A DNA stretch of 64,000 nt from Euglena gracilis (lineage: Eukaryota), in assembly GCA_039621445.1 (NCBI GenBank), contig CP154954.1, positions 6,335,425 through 6,399,424 on the forward strand, given 5' to 3'. Below the pieces are notes generated by a model. It made no database searches and was not told the origin of the DNA. It was given only the letters and a program-made list of their open reading frames with translations. Numbering within the stretch: the stretch's first letter is position 1; every line of letters starts with the position of its first letter. The translations under genes and the position numbers were made by a program. Of the stretch, positions 23,238 through 37,100 are shown one piece after another.

Positions 23238-26200
23238 AATATTGGTGCTTCAATCTTTCTTCTTGTCTTTCTTCTTTGTCTTTCTTCTGCTTCAGCTGCC
23301 GGGCGAGCCTCCCTTTGGCCTGAGGACCCGGGTAGGAACTCCATGAAACCCCGACCTCGGTTCAAAGTTTTTGAGGATGCTTCGGCTTCGGCTGTTTTCT
23401 GAGGCAGCCGCTGGGATTCGAAATCAAAATATTCAAATATTTCCTTTTTGCTCTTGAGCCTTTTCAATTAAACCTTGAAATACAATTTTTTTTTATCAAA
23501 ATCTGGTTCTTGCATGCACAAACAATTGATTTTTTTTGTAGTTTTGTACCAGTGCATGGTGTGGGCAAAAAACCCTGTGTGTGAGATTGTGTTTGAAATT
23601 GGTGGGTTCGAGTGGGGACTTTCTTAGGTTAATTAGGGAAAATGGAAAAAACCTACTGTGGAAAATTGGTCGGCCGGTCTTGAAAACTTCCAAGAATCGG
23701 CCCTGCAAGGTCAAAAATTGAGTTCAGGCCTTCAAGCCGAACCATAATAATCTTTTCCCTAGGTTAAATTCGACTGAAAACCAAAAAATGGAATTTCAGT
23801 GATTTTCAGCCCCACTAAGGCAAATTTTGGCCAATTTTTTGGTTAGGACCCCGTTACAGGGGGTGAATGCTCTGCTCACAGGCTCTTTGATCCTCCACTT
23901 TGTCGTTGGTGTTGTCAATTGACATTCCGTAGTGGCCCCTTCCCCCTTGCTTTGGTTTGCCCCTGCCATGGGCATTGAAGAACTTGTCATCCACTGCCCC
24001 TCTTGGGGCTTCCTCCCAGGCCTGCCACAGTATATTGAATTCCCATTTTGCGGGAACAGCCTTTTAACTTCTGGGGTTTTCCCCCTTTTGATAATTGATG
24101 GCCCCAATGGCCTTGAAATTGTTGGTCTTGACCAGGTTGATGAGAATAATGCTAGCCCCAGTGGCCTTGACAAAAATCCTGGCCCCACTGGCACTCTTGA
24201 TGTTGAGTCCACCCGCCTTTTGAAATTTTGACAAACCCCATGGACTTGTCTTTGTTCTGGGACGCCATGCCCAATGAAGATCTTGGGGGGCCTCTGGGGG
24301 CCAGTCCTTTACCCCTGAAGGGGTTTGAGGAAACTGTTGGACTTGAGCATGATGAGGGGTCCGGGGGCCTTGATGAGAATAATTCTCTTGAAACTTTGAA
24401 AGTCACCATTGACTTTTCTTTGTTCTGTGACGCCATGCCCATTGAAAATCTTGTGGGGCCTCTGGGGGCCACTCCTTTGCCCCTGAAAGGGGTTGTGATG
24501 AAGAAATGGTTGGGGGGTGTTCCGGACCTGTCCTGCCCCTGCCACTGGGCATCTGCTTGTGGAGTCGGCCTCCATGGGTTTGATATTGTTGGCCACCCTG
24601 GCCTTTGTTCCATGTGGTCATTGCTTTTGTGACCTCCGTGGCCCAGCTTGAACGATGTATTTGTGTGACTGGGATATAGGCCTCCATGGCCTTGGCTGTA
24701 GTGGCCTGACAGTTGTCTTTCTTTTTGTGTCCTTCAGGTTTTTCTGACCACTGTCTGCCACAGTCCGTGGCTGTCGCTGGGTGGGTGATCAGAAATTTTT
24801 TCTGGGAGGGGAGGGACAGCCACGATTCGCCACGATTGCACCACACTTGTCAGGTCGTCCAGCTGCAGCGGCAGCCAGTTCTTGTTGACCAGCGATGCTC
24901 TTCTTTGTCTTTGAAATTCCGGGGGCCTTTGTCATTGAAATCTTTAATTTGTCGACAAAATTTGATTTTATATTCTGCACGAGGGTCGCTTTCCGGAAAA
25001 TTTAGTTGACCTATCCTTTGATATCCAATTGTCAGGGTTCTTGTATTGAAGATCCTTTCTTCTGGGTCGAAGGGGAAATTAAGAATCAGCGAGCTCCGAC
25101 GAAAAAAGACACTAAGCGGGGACTCCTAACCCAACGCACAACGAACGATCCAAACAACACCGCCGGCGAACAAGGCATGGCCTCACAAGGGCAAAGTGCG
25201 GAGCCCGAGGTGGCCCGAGGTGGTTTTCGGCGCTACCCCTCGCTTTCCCGAAAAAAGAGTACCTGCGACTGCGTTCGCACGGAAAAATCTTCGACAAAGC
25301 CGGGCTTTTCGGGGCTGACCTTGAATTTCCTTTGGCGGGGAGCCCACCCTGGACGGACGCGATGGCGCCAAAAAGAGGACGGAGGCCAGCCGGAAAAGCC
25401 CAAGAAGGCGGGTGGTTTTTTAAAATAAAAAAGGGCCCTCAGGCTTTCCGTGACAAGGGTGGGCGGACCACCATTGCTCCACACTTTGGCTCAATGGGAC
25501 CTGTCTTTCCCTCGCCGGCTATTGTTCTTTGTTTTTCTTGCCTTGCGTCTTCTCCTTACTGCTCTTCGCGCCGGCAGTTGGCTGACGTAGCCCCTGCTAC
25601 AAAGGGAAGCTATCACAAGCTATCGCACAGCAAAGCAAGCAAGATCAACAAGTACCAACAAGATCCATAATTGGTGAAGATTGCAATCAATCCAATACAA
25701 GATGGACGTGGAGAATAATCTCGTTGCCCAGCTCACCGAGGAAGGACCGCTCCTCGAACAATCGTGGACCGAGTTCATTTTCAACTTGGTGCAACTAAGG
25801 ACCAACTAAGGACCAACTACACGACCTGGAGAAGAATGTCGTCATCGCCATCTTGCACGCTGGGTTGAAGTTTACTGGAACAGGTTGGTCGACAGGAAAA
25901 GCATCAAAGCGGCTTTTCCAGATCAGCGGAGTGGCCTTACTGCAGGCCGAATTTGCCCCCTACAGAGCCTCTTTGCTCCTGGCCATCGCACTCCTGCATT
26001 AGATCGAGCTGCCGACGTTGGAAGCGGCACCGGAGGTGGCGGAGGCCGCCTTCGCCATTGCGGCGGCCGTGGAAGCTGCCGACTGGGAGGAGTCACCTGA
26101 GGAGAAGACCCAGGCGAAGGACGAAGAGCCAGAGGAAACCAAGCTCACGTGGGACGAGGTGAAGGTCCAAGCGCCTCGAGAACTTCTGGAGCTGTGGAGC

Positions 26201-27269
26201 AGAGCGGCGGGCGGCACCCACCTCATAGACATAAAAGCCCTCCTCGGGGCCAACCCCAGGCTTGGCGAGAGCCCAAATGCGAGCACAAAAAAAGGCCCAA
26301 ACCGGAGGATGGCCGCTGAGGAAAGACAGGCTTCAAGGAGGTGAAAGGGTCTTATTTTAGGCCCCGTTGAAAATGGCAGCGCGACGCCACGTTCAGGTGT
26401 GCTGGGATGGGTCGAGCACACCTTGGGGACACCCCCGCTGCCCTGCAGCTCTCCTGAACACCCGCCCCTTCACCCTGAAAAATTCGTCCTAATTAATGTG
26501 TGTGGGGGGGTGGGGGGGTGATGGTTTTGTGGGTGTGGATGTTTTGAGGTGGATGGGGTGGGTGGGTGTGGGTGTTTGTGCGTTTGGGGGGTGGGGGCGT
26601 CCAGTTCTTGCGTGCTTCTAGTTCTTGCAGTCCAGCAGTGCTTGCGTGCGTGGGTGTGTGTGTGTGTGTGTGCGCGCGCGCGCGCGCGCGTGCGTGTGCA
26701 CGTGCATGTTTGTGTGAGGTATGTGTGGTGGTGTGGCTGTGTTCGTGTGGGTGGGTGTGGGTGGGACCCTCTCTCACCCCAGATTCCCCACCCAGACATG
26801 CAGAGGAAATGCAACATGGACCCTCGCAAAAAAAATGCAAAAAAAATAAAAACAAACTCAAATTTCATGAAAAATCCTTCAGGAGCTCCTCCGGGAGGCA
26901 CACTTTTCACTGGAGAGAACTTGAAAGAATGCAAAAATGCCAAAAATTTGAGAAAATTTTAGGTGTCAGCAAAAATCCCAAAAATTGCTGGAAAAAAAAT
27001 CACACGGAGGGCACACAAAAAACACACAAAAAAACAAAAAAAACCCAAAATGCAAATTTATCCAAAAAATGCAAATACATAATACACACACACACACAAA
27101 CTGGGTTTGCATCCCCCCCCCCGCCTAGATTAGTCCGTCAGCCTGTAGAATTTCACCCCTCCCCAAATTTGCTATTTGGCCAAAATGGGGTTTCCTGTGG
27201 ACCCCATATTCCTGTGGACCTGGGGAGCAGGGGGAAGATGGGTGGGTGTGTGAATGAGTGAATGAGTGA

Positions 27270-27285
27270 CGAGAGAGAGAGAGAG

Positions 27286-27368
<83 letters not shown>
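27270..27368. repeat. (GA)n(GT)n microsatellite
   Basis: Directly visible; other GT-rich tracts occur at ~26650, 29710-29912, 30510 and 31510-31690. Confidence 0.95.
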
Positions 27369-27369
<1 letters not shown>

Positions 27370-27515
27370 CAAAAAACAACCAATCTCAAAGGTCAAAACA
27401 ACATCACGTCGGTGTGGAGGTGAAATAGTGCAAAACAAGATAAACACACAGGTCAGGTCGGTCAAAGTCAAAAGAGGGAGACACACAATTCTTTTTGGAT
27501 ACAGGTGGCGGACTA

Positions 27516-27638
27516 TTACAGATGTTCTCCCATTGCCGAGAACATTCCATCCACAGGGCTGTTGGGCTTGGACTTGGGTGCCTTCTGGGTGAACTCGTGG
27601 TTGAGTTTCTTGAATTGCACAATCTGCTTGAAAATGTA
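27516..27638 (-). CDS. IFT52: IFT52 terminal exon: YIFKQIVQFKKLNHEFTQKAPKSKPNSPVDGMFSAMGEHL*
   Basis: ttttgcag acceptor; TAA at 27518-27516. Confidence 0.92.
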   Translation of the reverse strand, partial: YIFKQIVQFKKLNHEFTQKAPKSKPNSPVDGMFSAMGEHL

Positions 27639-29853
27639 CTGCAAAAGACGAGTGCGGTGGTGGTGCAGGATGTGCCCTTCTAGAATTTCGGGAGACAGGG
27701 ATCATTCCCTGAGTCAAATGAATCAGTTCATCAAATTGTGTTTCCCACCACCAGCTGTTTTTTTTGGCCAGTTTTTTTTTGGACTTTTGCTGAATGTCAG
27801 CAAGGCATTTCATTTGCAGGTGGATGTTTTGTAGCGTAGAATCACAACAGGCTTTTGTGACTCATGAAATTGCAAATAGTTTGTCATTTGTAAAGACAAT
27901 TTACAAATGACTTAATTCCCCCCCTTAAACCCGCACCCCCTTGCCCACCGACCAGGTGCCCAACAACCCCTGACCATGGGGGGGGGTGCACCCCTGACCA
28001 GGGAGTTGGTTGCACGACCAGGTTCCCTGACCCCCCTGACCCCCAACCGGGGAGTGCTTGGTATGGGTGGTCAGTGGGCAAAAACGGGGGGGGGGGGTAC
28101 AACCGAAAAAAACAACAACAAAATAATGTGCAAAAAAACAATAAAAACAATAAAAACCGATCAATAAATTATCAATTACCAGCATTTTTTCTCAAATGGT
28201 TGAAATTGCCCATCTTTTTTTCCCTTCTGAATAACCCCATATTTTTTCCCCTGTAATCTTTGTCTCCCGCTGTTTGTCCACACCAAGGTTTTCTTTTTGA
28301 CATCACCCACAAAAGATGAATGACATCCCCCTCCTTTCTGAAATGAGGTGAAGGAAAAAACAGGTGGAAGAACAAGGAGAAGAAAGGTAAAAAGCGGTAC
28401 CATCTGAGTCCGATCAAAATGACGGCAAAAAATCAGAATTAATAGCGAAAACATCAAATCTCTCAAATAATGAATAGCTTATTTGGAGGACTTGGAGGGC
28501 GATGAGTGAAAATTCATCACCAGCCGTTAAATCATTTGTTTGGAATAGAACATTTGAGCTGACAACACCTCCAGAATGGCTTTCGCATTGTCGGCCTGGT
28601 CCTTCTTCAACTTTTTGGTCACCCCCAGCGCCTCTCCTGCCTCACATATATAATACTCCAAATCGTCATTCTCACCTGTTGATCCACAGCCAAGCAATTC
28701 ATGATGGGATGAGTTCTGGCCATTCCTTGATGGGGGTGAAAAGCCAGCGTTTTTCTCACAACTTATCGCATAACTTGGCTTATAGAAAACTTTGTAAGTT
28801 TTGGCCTTTTTGTTCCTTGTTCAGAATTTTTTCTGGCAAATGATATCAACTTGCCCTGCTCAGGACCAGATTCATCTGACACCAAACTTTTCATCAAATT
28901 TTGGTCATTTTGAATTTGGCTGACAGGTGAATTCCCAAAACTACAGAAAAGTAAGATATCTGGCGTTATTTTATAAAAAAAATGCGCACAGGCACAAGCA
29001 CAGGCTCCACACCAATGTTGCATAATGCAAGACACAGAAATTATTTCCAGCCCAGCTTTGCCGAACCGACCCCAATTTTAAAAAGCGACCTCTCCAGGGG
29101 GGACCTCTAGTTTTTGAAATTCTCTGCCACCAACGGCGCCAGAAACTTCACAAAAAAAGACAGAAATGACAGAGTGTCTTCAATGAGTTTGACTTTTATT
29201 TGCAATTGAAAAAATGACCCTCCCCAAAGGCAAATAAATGAAATGCAAACTGTTTTCTTTGCTCATAATCCATGTTGAAGGCACCATTGATGAATCATCT
29301 GCTCCAGACAGGGAATTGGGGAATTTTCAGCATGGACACTTCTTTCGGAAAGAACTGAAAGCCAAACCCCTCGCTGCCACAAACTTGGTTCTCCTCATAC
29401 CTTTCGGGAAAACCATTCTGGCCCATTTTGACCACTTGTCCAGAGTTGACCACAAAAGCAGAAAATCCATTACCGTCCAGCCACGCTTCAAACAGAAGAA
29501 ATGTGAAGATTTGATGGGAGAGGGAGGTCCAGCTGGCCAGCTGGCTGGAAAAGAAGCTGGAAGAAAGATGCTGGCTGGACACCATCCCTTGGGGGGTGGG
29601 GTCCGGGGGTGGGGGGTCCCACCAGCTTCCAGACTGCACCCACTGGCACCCAAAATCAGGCATCAGGCAAAAATCATCAAGCAGAGGTTTGGGTGTGGGT
29701 GGCGTGTTGGTGTGTGTGTGTGTGTGTGTGTGCGTGTGTGCAGGTGCGCGGGTGCGTGCGTGCGTGCGTGGGTGCGTGGGTGGGTGCGTGGGTGGGTGCG
29801 TGGGTGGGTGCGTGGGTGGGTGCGTGCGTGGGTGGGTGCGTTTGTGGCGTGTG

Positions 29854-29884
<31 letters not shown>

Positions 29885-30509
29885 TGGGTGGGTGGGTGGG
29901 TGGGTGCGTGTGTGACCCCCCCCATGTTGGGAGGGGTCCGGACCCCCCCCCCCCGGGCTTCCCAAGCATTCTTTCCATCCCCTCCAGCTCAAGCACAGCA
30001 CAGGGGGGCTCAAACGCCATGCAGTCAAGCCTCCTCGGGAGAGGGAGGCTGCGAACCCTTAAGCAGGAGGGTGACCCAAACATGCAGGGTTAGCTTATTA
30101 ATTATTCATGGCACCAAATCCTCTGATATACCCCCCCCCCCTGTCCAAATTTGGCCAGTGGACATCCAACTGGACCCTCCCCCAGGGGGGGGGGTTCCGC
30201 TTGGGGGTGGCTGGTGCATTTTTTTTGACCCCCCCCAAAATGGCCAGGAATGCCCATTTTTGGCCATTTTTAGGAATTTTTAGGAATTTTTGGAACAAAA
30301 AGAACACAAAATAAATACCATTTCCACCTCGGCACGCAGCGCCAGAGAAAAAAAATTCCAGTTCAGGGTCCCCGGAGGGGCGGTCTAGCCGGCTAGTGGC
30401 TTATTCCAGTGGCTCATAATACGGCTACTGGACAATCGTTAAAATTTGTCGATGGAAGGTGAGCCCCCTCCCACCCACACCCAACAACACCCAACCCTCC
30501 CCACCCAAC

Positions 30510-30543
<34 letters not shown>

Positions 30544-31106
30544 CACACACACACATGGGGGGTCTCTTTCCGGCGCTTTGTGCCGAAATTTTTTTGCATT
30601 TTTTTTGATTTCCCAGAACGTTTCACTGTAGAGGTGGGGGTGTCTCCCTGTGGACCAGAGGGGGGACTGACCCCCCCCCTCCACCTGCCTTTACATCGAA
30701 GCCCGCCCCCTGGGTAGGAAGTGGGTGACTGGTTTTTTAAAAAATGACTGACTGTTTTTTGAAAATGGAAAATGACCCCCTCCCCCTGGGGGTCAGTGAG
30801 AAATGGCAGGGTCCAGGTCCCCCCGCCCCCCCCCCCCCTTTTGGGCAGGTTCTAAAAATGGCGAAAAATCTTTCCGGCACTGTGTGCTGTGCTGTGCACC
30901 GGAAAATGCAAAAAAATGCCGTTTTCCCTCATTTTGAGCATATTGTACACCTTAAGCAATGGCATGGTCTGGACACCCCCTCCCAGCATCCAAGGGGGGG
31001 TCCAGGTGATGGTGGGGACCCCCCACAATTCCCATACATCCCCATGGGTGCATGGGTGGGTGTGGGTGGGTGGGGGGGGATTGGGGAGGGGGTTGGGGAG
31101 ATATGC

Positions 31107-31140
<34 letters not shown>

Positions 31141-34100
31141 GTGTGTCAGGGCGTTTTTTAACGAACTTGGACTGGCTGGAAAAGGCTGCTGGCCGACCCC
31201 CCCCCCCGGGCCGAACCGGGAACCAAAAAAAATCGAAAATGCAAAAATACCCAAAAACGATTTTTTTTGACCCACAAATTCTTCCTGGCCGGCCAAATCT
31301 GACCCATTTTTGCCCATTTTTGTATCCCCAAAAGCAAAAATCATATATTTCCAGCCGCCCAAAGGGTGGCTGGAAACAAACAAACAAAGAATTTATTTAT
31401 TATTTAATTATTGCTGGTATTTTTCATGGGGGGAGGGGGTCCGGGGCTGGAAAAAAGCTGCTGGCTAGCTTGAACCCCCCAGGGGGTGGGGTCAAATTCT
31501 CTAAAGCTTAGTGTGTGTGTGTTGTGTGTGTGTGTGTTGTGTTGTGTTGTGTTGTGTTGTGTGTGTGCACGCGCGTTTGTGTTGTGTGTGTGGGTGGGTG
31601 GGTGGGTGGGTGGGTGTGTGAGTGGGTGGTGTGCGGGGTTGGGGTTTTGAGGTTGTGGGTGTGGATGTGTGTGGATGTGTGTGGATGTGTGTGCATGTAT
31701 AAGGGTCAGGGGAGAGGGAAATGAGTGGGTGGGTGGGTGGGTTGTCGGAAAATTCCAAATAAAAAAAAAACAGGGAGATTTGCCAAGGAATCCGAATATT
31801 TTACCTTCCCCCCCCCAAGCCCAATGAACACTAAGGTGACGATCTAGACGGTCCGAACGGGGGGTGTTCATTGGGCTTGGGGTACGGTTTCTGTGTAGAT
31901 AAGGTTTATGGTGACAATGTAGACGGTCCGAACACCCCCTGTTCATTGGGCAAGGGTGTTCATTGGGCATGGGGGGGGGGGGAGGTAGGTAAATTTTGGT
32001 ATGAAAAATGCGAATAAGCGGTAACTGGCAGAACATAATTGCTTTGCATATTGTCATATTGTCTCATAATTAATAGAATGACCTTTGAACAAACACCATT
32101 AAATCAAATATCCCGCAACCAGGGCTTTTCTTAAAGACCCCTGAGGGGTCCTGGGGGCCGGCTGGAAAAAGGTGCTGGCTGGAAAAAGGTGTTTGCCGGA
32201 CCCCCCTCTGGGGAGTAGGGGGTTCAGGGGGGGGGGGGGGTCTGGCCAGCTGGACCCGGCGGATACCCCCAAAATGCTCCAAAAAAGCCCAAATCCAGCT
32301 GGGTTGGCATTTTTTTCAGCCAAAATTTGGTGCAGACCCAAAAACCACCCAACAATGCCATTTTTGGGCCATTTTCCCAAAATTTTCAGCGCTTTGTGCC
32401 AAAATCTCTTTCCATCCAGCACGGTTTCGCAAACTTCATTTCAGCAGACCCCCGGGGGGTCCACAGTCTGCAGCCCGGCTGAGAGGTGCTGGCCGAAAAA
32501 AAAATGCTGGCTGGCTGGACCAGCCCCGGGGTAGCCCCTGCCCCCAACTCACAACAAACACACATTTATTTGTCAGGTATGCCAACCGCGCCTTCTCCGT
32601 GGCAAAATGCTCATCCAAATCAAAGAGGTCCAATGCTGGCGGTGGCGGCTCACAATGCCAAGGCTCTTCGTTAGAGTTCCCATTGGGAGCTTTTGGAATC
32701 AGATACAATTGCTTCTCTTTCGCCAATATAATCCAAACAAAAAAATATGGGAAATGAAAATTTTTGGGAACATTTTCAATGGAAATAAGATACAAAATGA
32801 TCAGTGCATCAACTGCCCAAAATTGGGAAATGCTTGATTGCTCAATTTCAGATAACACACTGTATCTGACCTGACCCAAGCTTACTTAAGGTGCTTGCAG
32901 ATAGGAGCTCTTTCTCAACCTGGCTTCTAAGGAAACACACACACCCACACACCACCAGGCTTCTTTTTACCAACCCTGGGGGGAGGGAGGGTGCCTTGTG
33001 CTATTGGGTGCCTGCCCATTGCAGGCACACCCGGGGGAGGGGTCGGACCCCGGTGCCTGCCAACCCAGGCAAATTGCAAACTTCTCTTGAAATTAGCCAT
33101 TTTCGGGCCCCTGGAGCCTTCGGCGCCGGTAGAGGGGCCGGTAGAGGGCCAAAACCCCAACCTCCCGGGGGGGGGGGTCGAACGTGCCCTACCCCCTGCC
33201 TGCCCATAATACCCCCCCAGGGGTACAATCTTTCTCAAAAAGAAGCCTACACACCACACATCCTGATTGTCATGATGAATACAAAACTTTGAACATGGGA
33301 TTGGTCATAAAAACGCAAATAATTTCGGGCCACAGAAATTTCCATTTCAGGCATTTTAAGGCATTTCAAGCGATTTAAATGATTTTTGGACCCCAAATCA
33401 TTTTAGGCTATTTTTGGGATGGGGGTTCTCAAACAAGGGAATGGGAGTAAGGGGAATTTTTTCACATTGAAAAGCCTTGCGCGGTGTGTGGGCGGAAACA
33501 CCGAAGGGTACAATGGCGGCAATGGGGTTTCAAACTGACGGAGAGGGAGACAAGAGGACCTGCAACCAACAAACCACCGCCTTAAATGTAAAACGTGTTG
33601 TTTTACACCCCCCTCCTCGAAGTCACTTGTGGTGCTGAGCCGGTTAGACATACAAAAAGAAACAGCAAACTTGGGTGGGCCAGGTTTTTTCCCCCCAACA
33701 TAAAGGCAGGGGGGTCCTTGAGCATATATAAAATAAATGTCAGCCAGGGGTTTTCTTGGGGGGGGGGCGAACATGCTGGCTGGAAAAAAATGTGCTGACT
33801 GGAAAGGGAAAAAAATACTGGCTGGATCCCCCCCCCCAGGGGGTGGGGGTTCCAAATTGGGAGAGGTCAAATTGGCTGCCAGGCTGGACCCGACTGCACC
33901 CAAATTGTGGCAGGAAATCAAATCCAGCTGGGCTGGAACTGAAATTCTCAGCTGAAACTTTGAGGATTTGAAAACCTTCAAACCCAGAAAACCTTCAAGA
34001 ACACCATTTTTCAGCCATTTTGACACCATTTTTTTTTGTAAATCTTTTTCCGGTTCTTTGTGTCAATGTCTTTTCTGCTCAGTGTGGCTGCGCTGGCCCA

Positions 34101-37100
34101 AACTTTATTTCAATGGACCCCCCCCCAGCCTGGCTTGGAGCTGCTGGCTGGACCCCTGGTCCAGCACATTCAATGAAAATCTCACAAGAAAAATGCCAAA
34201 AAATGGCCATATTTTGGCAAAAAAAAAGAGGCTGATATCAGGGGGGGGGGAATGGTTTCCGGCATCCTACTGGGGGGGGGGGGGGGAAATTGAAGCTAGA
34301 TAAAATTAGACCCGACAAAATTGGAAGCCGAAAAAATTGGTGCCAAACCTGAAAACGGCCCGGAAAAAATTGGCAGGTTTTGTGTGCAAGATGACTGGAA
34401 AAAGGGTGATTTTCAAATTTTGAGGCAGGATTTTCAAAAAAGGCCCGGAAAAATTTGGCAGGATTTCTGTACGCCAATTTTTTCCCAATCAATTTTTTCG
34501 GCATCCAATTCCCCCCCCCCCGGTAGGACAAGCAAAACCTCAAAAAATGAGTTTTCCGACCTTCTCAGGCCCTGCATAAGGGCGGGGGGGGGGGGGGGTT
34601 GGAGGCCCCCCAGTCCAGTCGTGGGGGGGGGGGAACGCCACCTGAACAGTGGCACGGTCTAGGTGACCGATTTTTGGTCCGCACGAAGCGCTGGACCGAA
34701 GTTTTGCCCTCACACTCGGCCAAAAATGCCCTTTCTTTTTGGGGACTTTCTTGGGCGAAATTTGTCAAGCATGCCCAAAATTTTTGGCACAAAGTGCCAG
34801 AGGGAAATTTTACCCTTTTTGGGGGCAGGGGGTCCGAACCTCCCCCGGGGCGGTCCGGACCACCTTGGCAGGTTGTGGTCTGGGCCCACCTCTTGTGGAG
34901 GGGGGAGGCGCCCCCCACCCCCGCACACTCCTTTTTCGAACCCCAAACCCTGCAGTGACACCCATCACTTTCAATCCTGGCCGGCCACCGAAAAACAAGT
35001 TATGGGAAATGCCAACCGGGGATGTTCATTGGACAAGAGAGTTCCAAACAGGTGAATTTCCACTTCCAATGAGATTGCGCAAAGGTGGACCAAGCAGGTG
35101 CTGTCAACTGTTGCCATCGACGTTCCTTCGAGCCAGTTATTTCATAGAGGGTCAGATCACACCTGAGGGTGGATGAGCGACAGAGCCTCGTGCTTCACTC
35201 CAAGCTTCTGTAGAGCAGAGGAGTGATAGAAAGCTTTTTTCACAGCCGATCCCCCCTGTATGGACACTGTGGCATGGTCTAAATGAGTATGGTTAAAAAA
35301 AAAGCGACGTCTTCCAAACTGCACGAGGTACTTCCGTCCAATCCATTTCGAAAAATAGTTTGCAAAAAGAGCCCAAAAATGTCCCCTCATTGGTTTCAAA
35401 AAGCTAAAACTTTCCCATTATTAAAAATACCATTTTTCAATTTTTTTTTCATATTTGAAAATTTTCCAATAAATTTCCACCTGTTTTTTCCCTCCGTATT
35501 TTTTGTCTCCCATGATTTTTGTTGACACTGTAAACCCCAGACACCCTCCTTCTGTTGGACGGCGACCGCTTCCCAACTGCCACCCAGGATGCACATGGTT
35601 TGCTTGGTCCGCCAAACTGTCTTTGACCAACTACAAGATTGTGGTTCCTGCCCGAGGGTCACGGAAAATGTCATTTGCCATAATTTGCGGCGGGCAATTT
35701 TGAGGTCGGTTTTTTGAGCAACATTTTCTCTGCCCACCAACTAATCCCCCCTTTTAAAAATACTCAACAGGACCAAGTTAGGCGGCGGCACTCACACTTG
35801 ACACATTGGTTTGTTCCTTTGTGCCTTTGCGCAAAGGTGCCTTGTTCCTGAAATCCCTAATACTGGGAACGCGACCCTAGTGGTTGGGATGTGGTCTGGT
35901 GACCGCAAGGGGGAAATATGAGGAATTAGAAAATTAGGGTACCCTGGAGCACGTCAGTGTGCGCCTACCACGTGTCTTTGGGAACCTTTCAAAAGATGCC
36001 TCATCAACTGGGGATGTTGTTAAAGAAAAAAAAACAGGGCAGATGACACCGAACCCAGCACAATGGCACTTTGACTTTAGAAAATTGGGGGTTCCTTTGC
36101 GCAATCGCACCAAGGAACCAGTGCACAACTGCACATAGAGACTGCTGGTGCAACTGCGGGAACGTTCCATTTGCACAACTGCTCAAACCGGACTGTTCCC
36201 ACAATCCTGGAAATGGTTCCTCTTTGAAAATGCGCAACAAGAAATGTTCCTTTGCGCAATTGCACAACGGAACATGTGAGCAATTGCGGAAATGGTCATT
36301 GCAGGCACGGGATTTGCTGCATTTGTGCTGCAAATAACACGGGAAATTGCTGTAATTAAAAAGCAGGTTAAGACACCTTGAGCGACCGAATTCGGACATT
36401 TTGGCACTTGACCCTTGTGACAAATCATTTCATGGCCCCTGCAACATCAAAATAACTGGCAAAACACGGTTTCATTCTTGAAAAAAATGCGTTCAAAGAT
36501 GACGCCGGTTCAACGATGACCTTTTTGTCAAAAAATTGAGGCGAAGTTCATTGCGTTCATCATTGATATGCTTGCTGACTAGAAACCTCCGCGTTCAGGG
36601 GTCATATGGGGCAACGTACATGCTTTCTTTGACCAGCTCAGACATGCTGTACAAACACCTCACCTTTGTGGACGGCTCTCTCGAGATTCCACTCCTTCCA
36701 GATCTCCTTTCGTCTCAGAAATCTCCACTTTCAAATCCTCAAAAAAAAAACCTTGCACCATTCGGTGAATTCAGCAATGTTCGTGGGAAGGGGCTCCGAC
36801 AAGACAAAGATACAGGAGGGGGGAGCACCACAATTTCACAATGTCTATTTTCAGGCCAAACAGACTGGCATAAGAGACTGCTGGTTGGTTTTGAAAGCGT
36901 TCCTTTGCGCAAATGCGCAAACAACAAAACATACTCCCTCTGCACATTTCCGCAAAAAACAAACATTGTTTTTTGTATCGTGTGGCTGTCACAGAACCTC
37001 AACGAAAGTGGGGTGGTTTCTGAACGAGGTCCCCAAAATAAAAAAATCCTAGACGGCCGGATTCGCACTTAAAGGTTTTTTTCTTTAAAATAAGCACATT

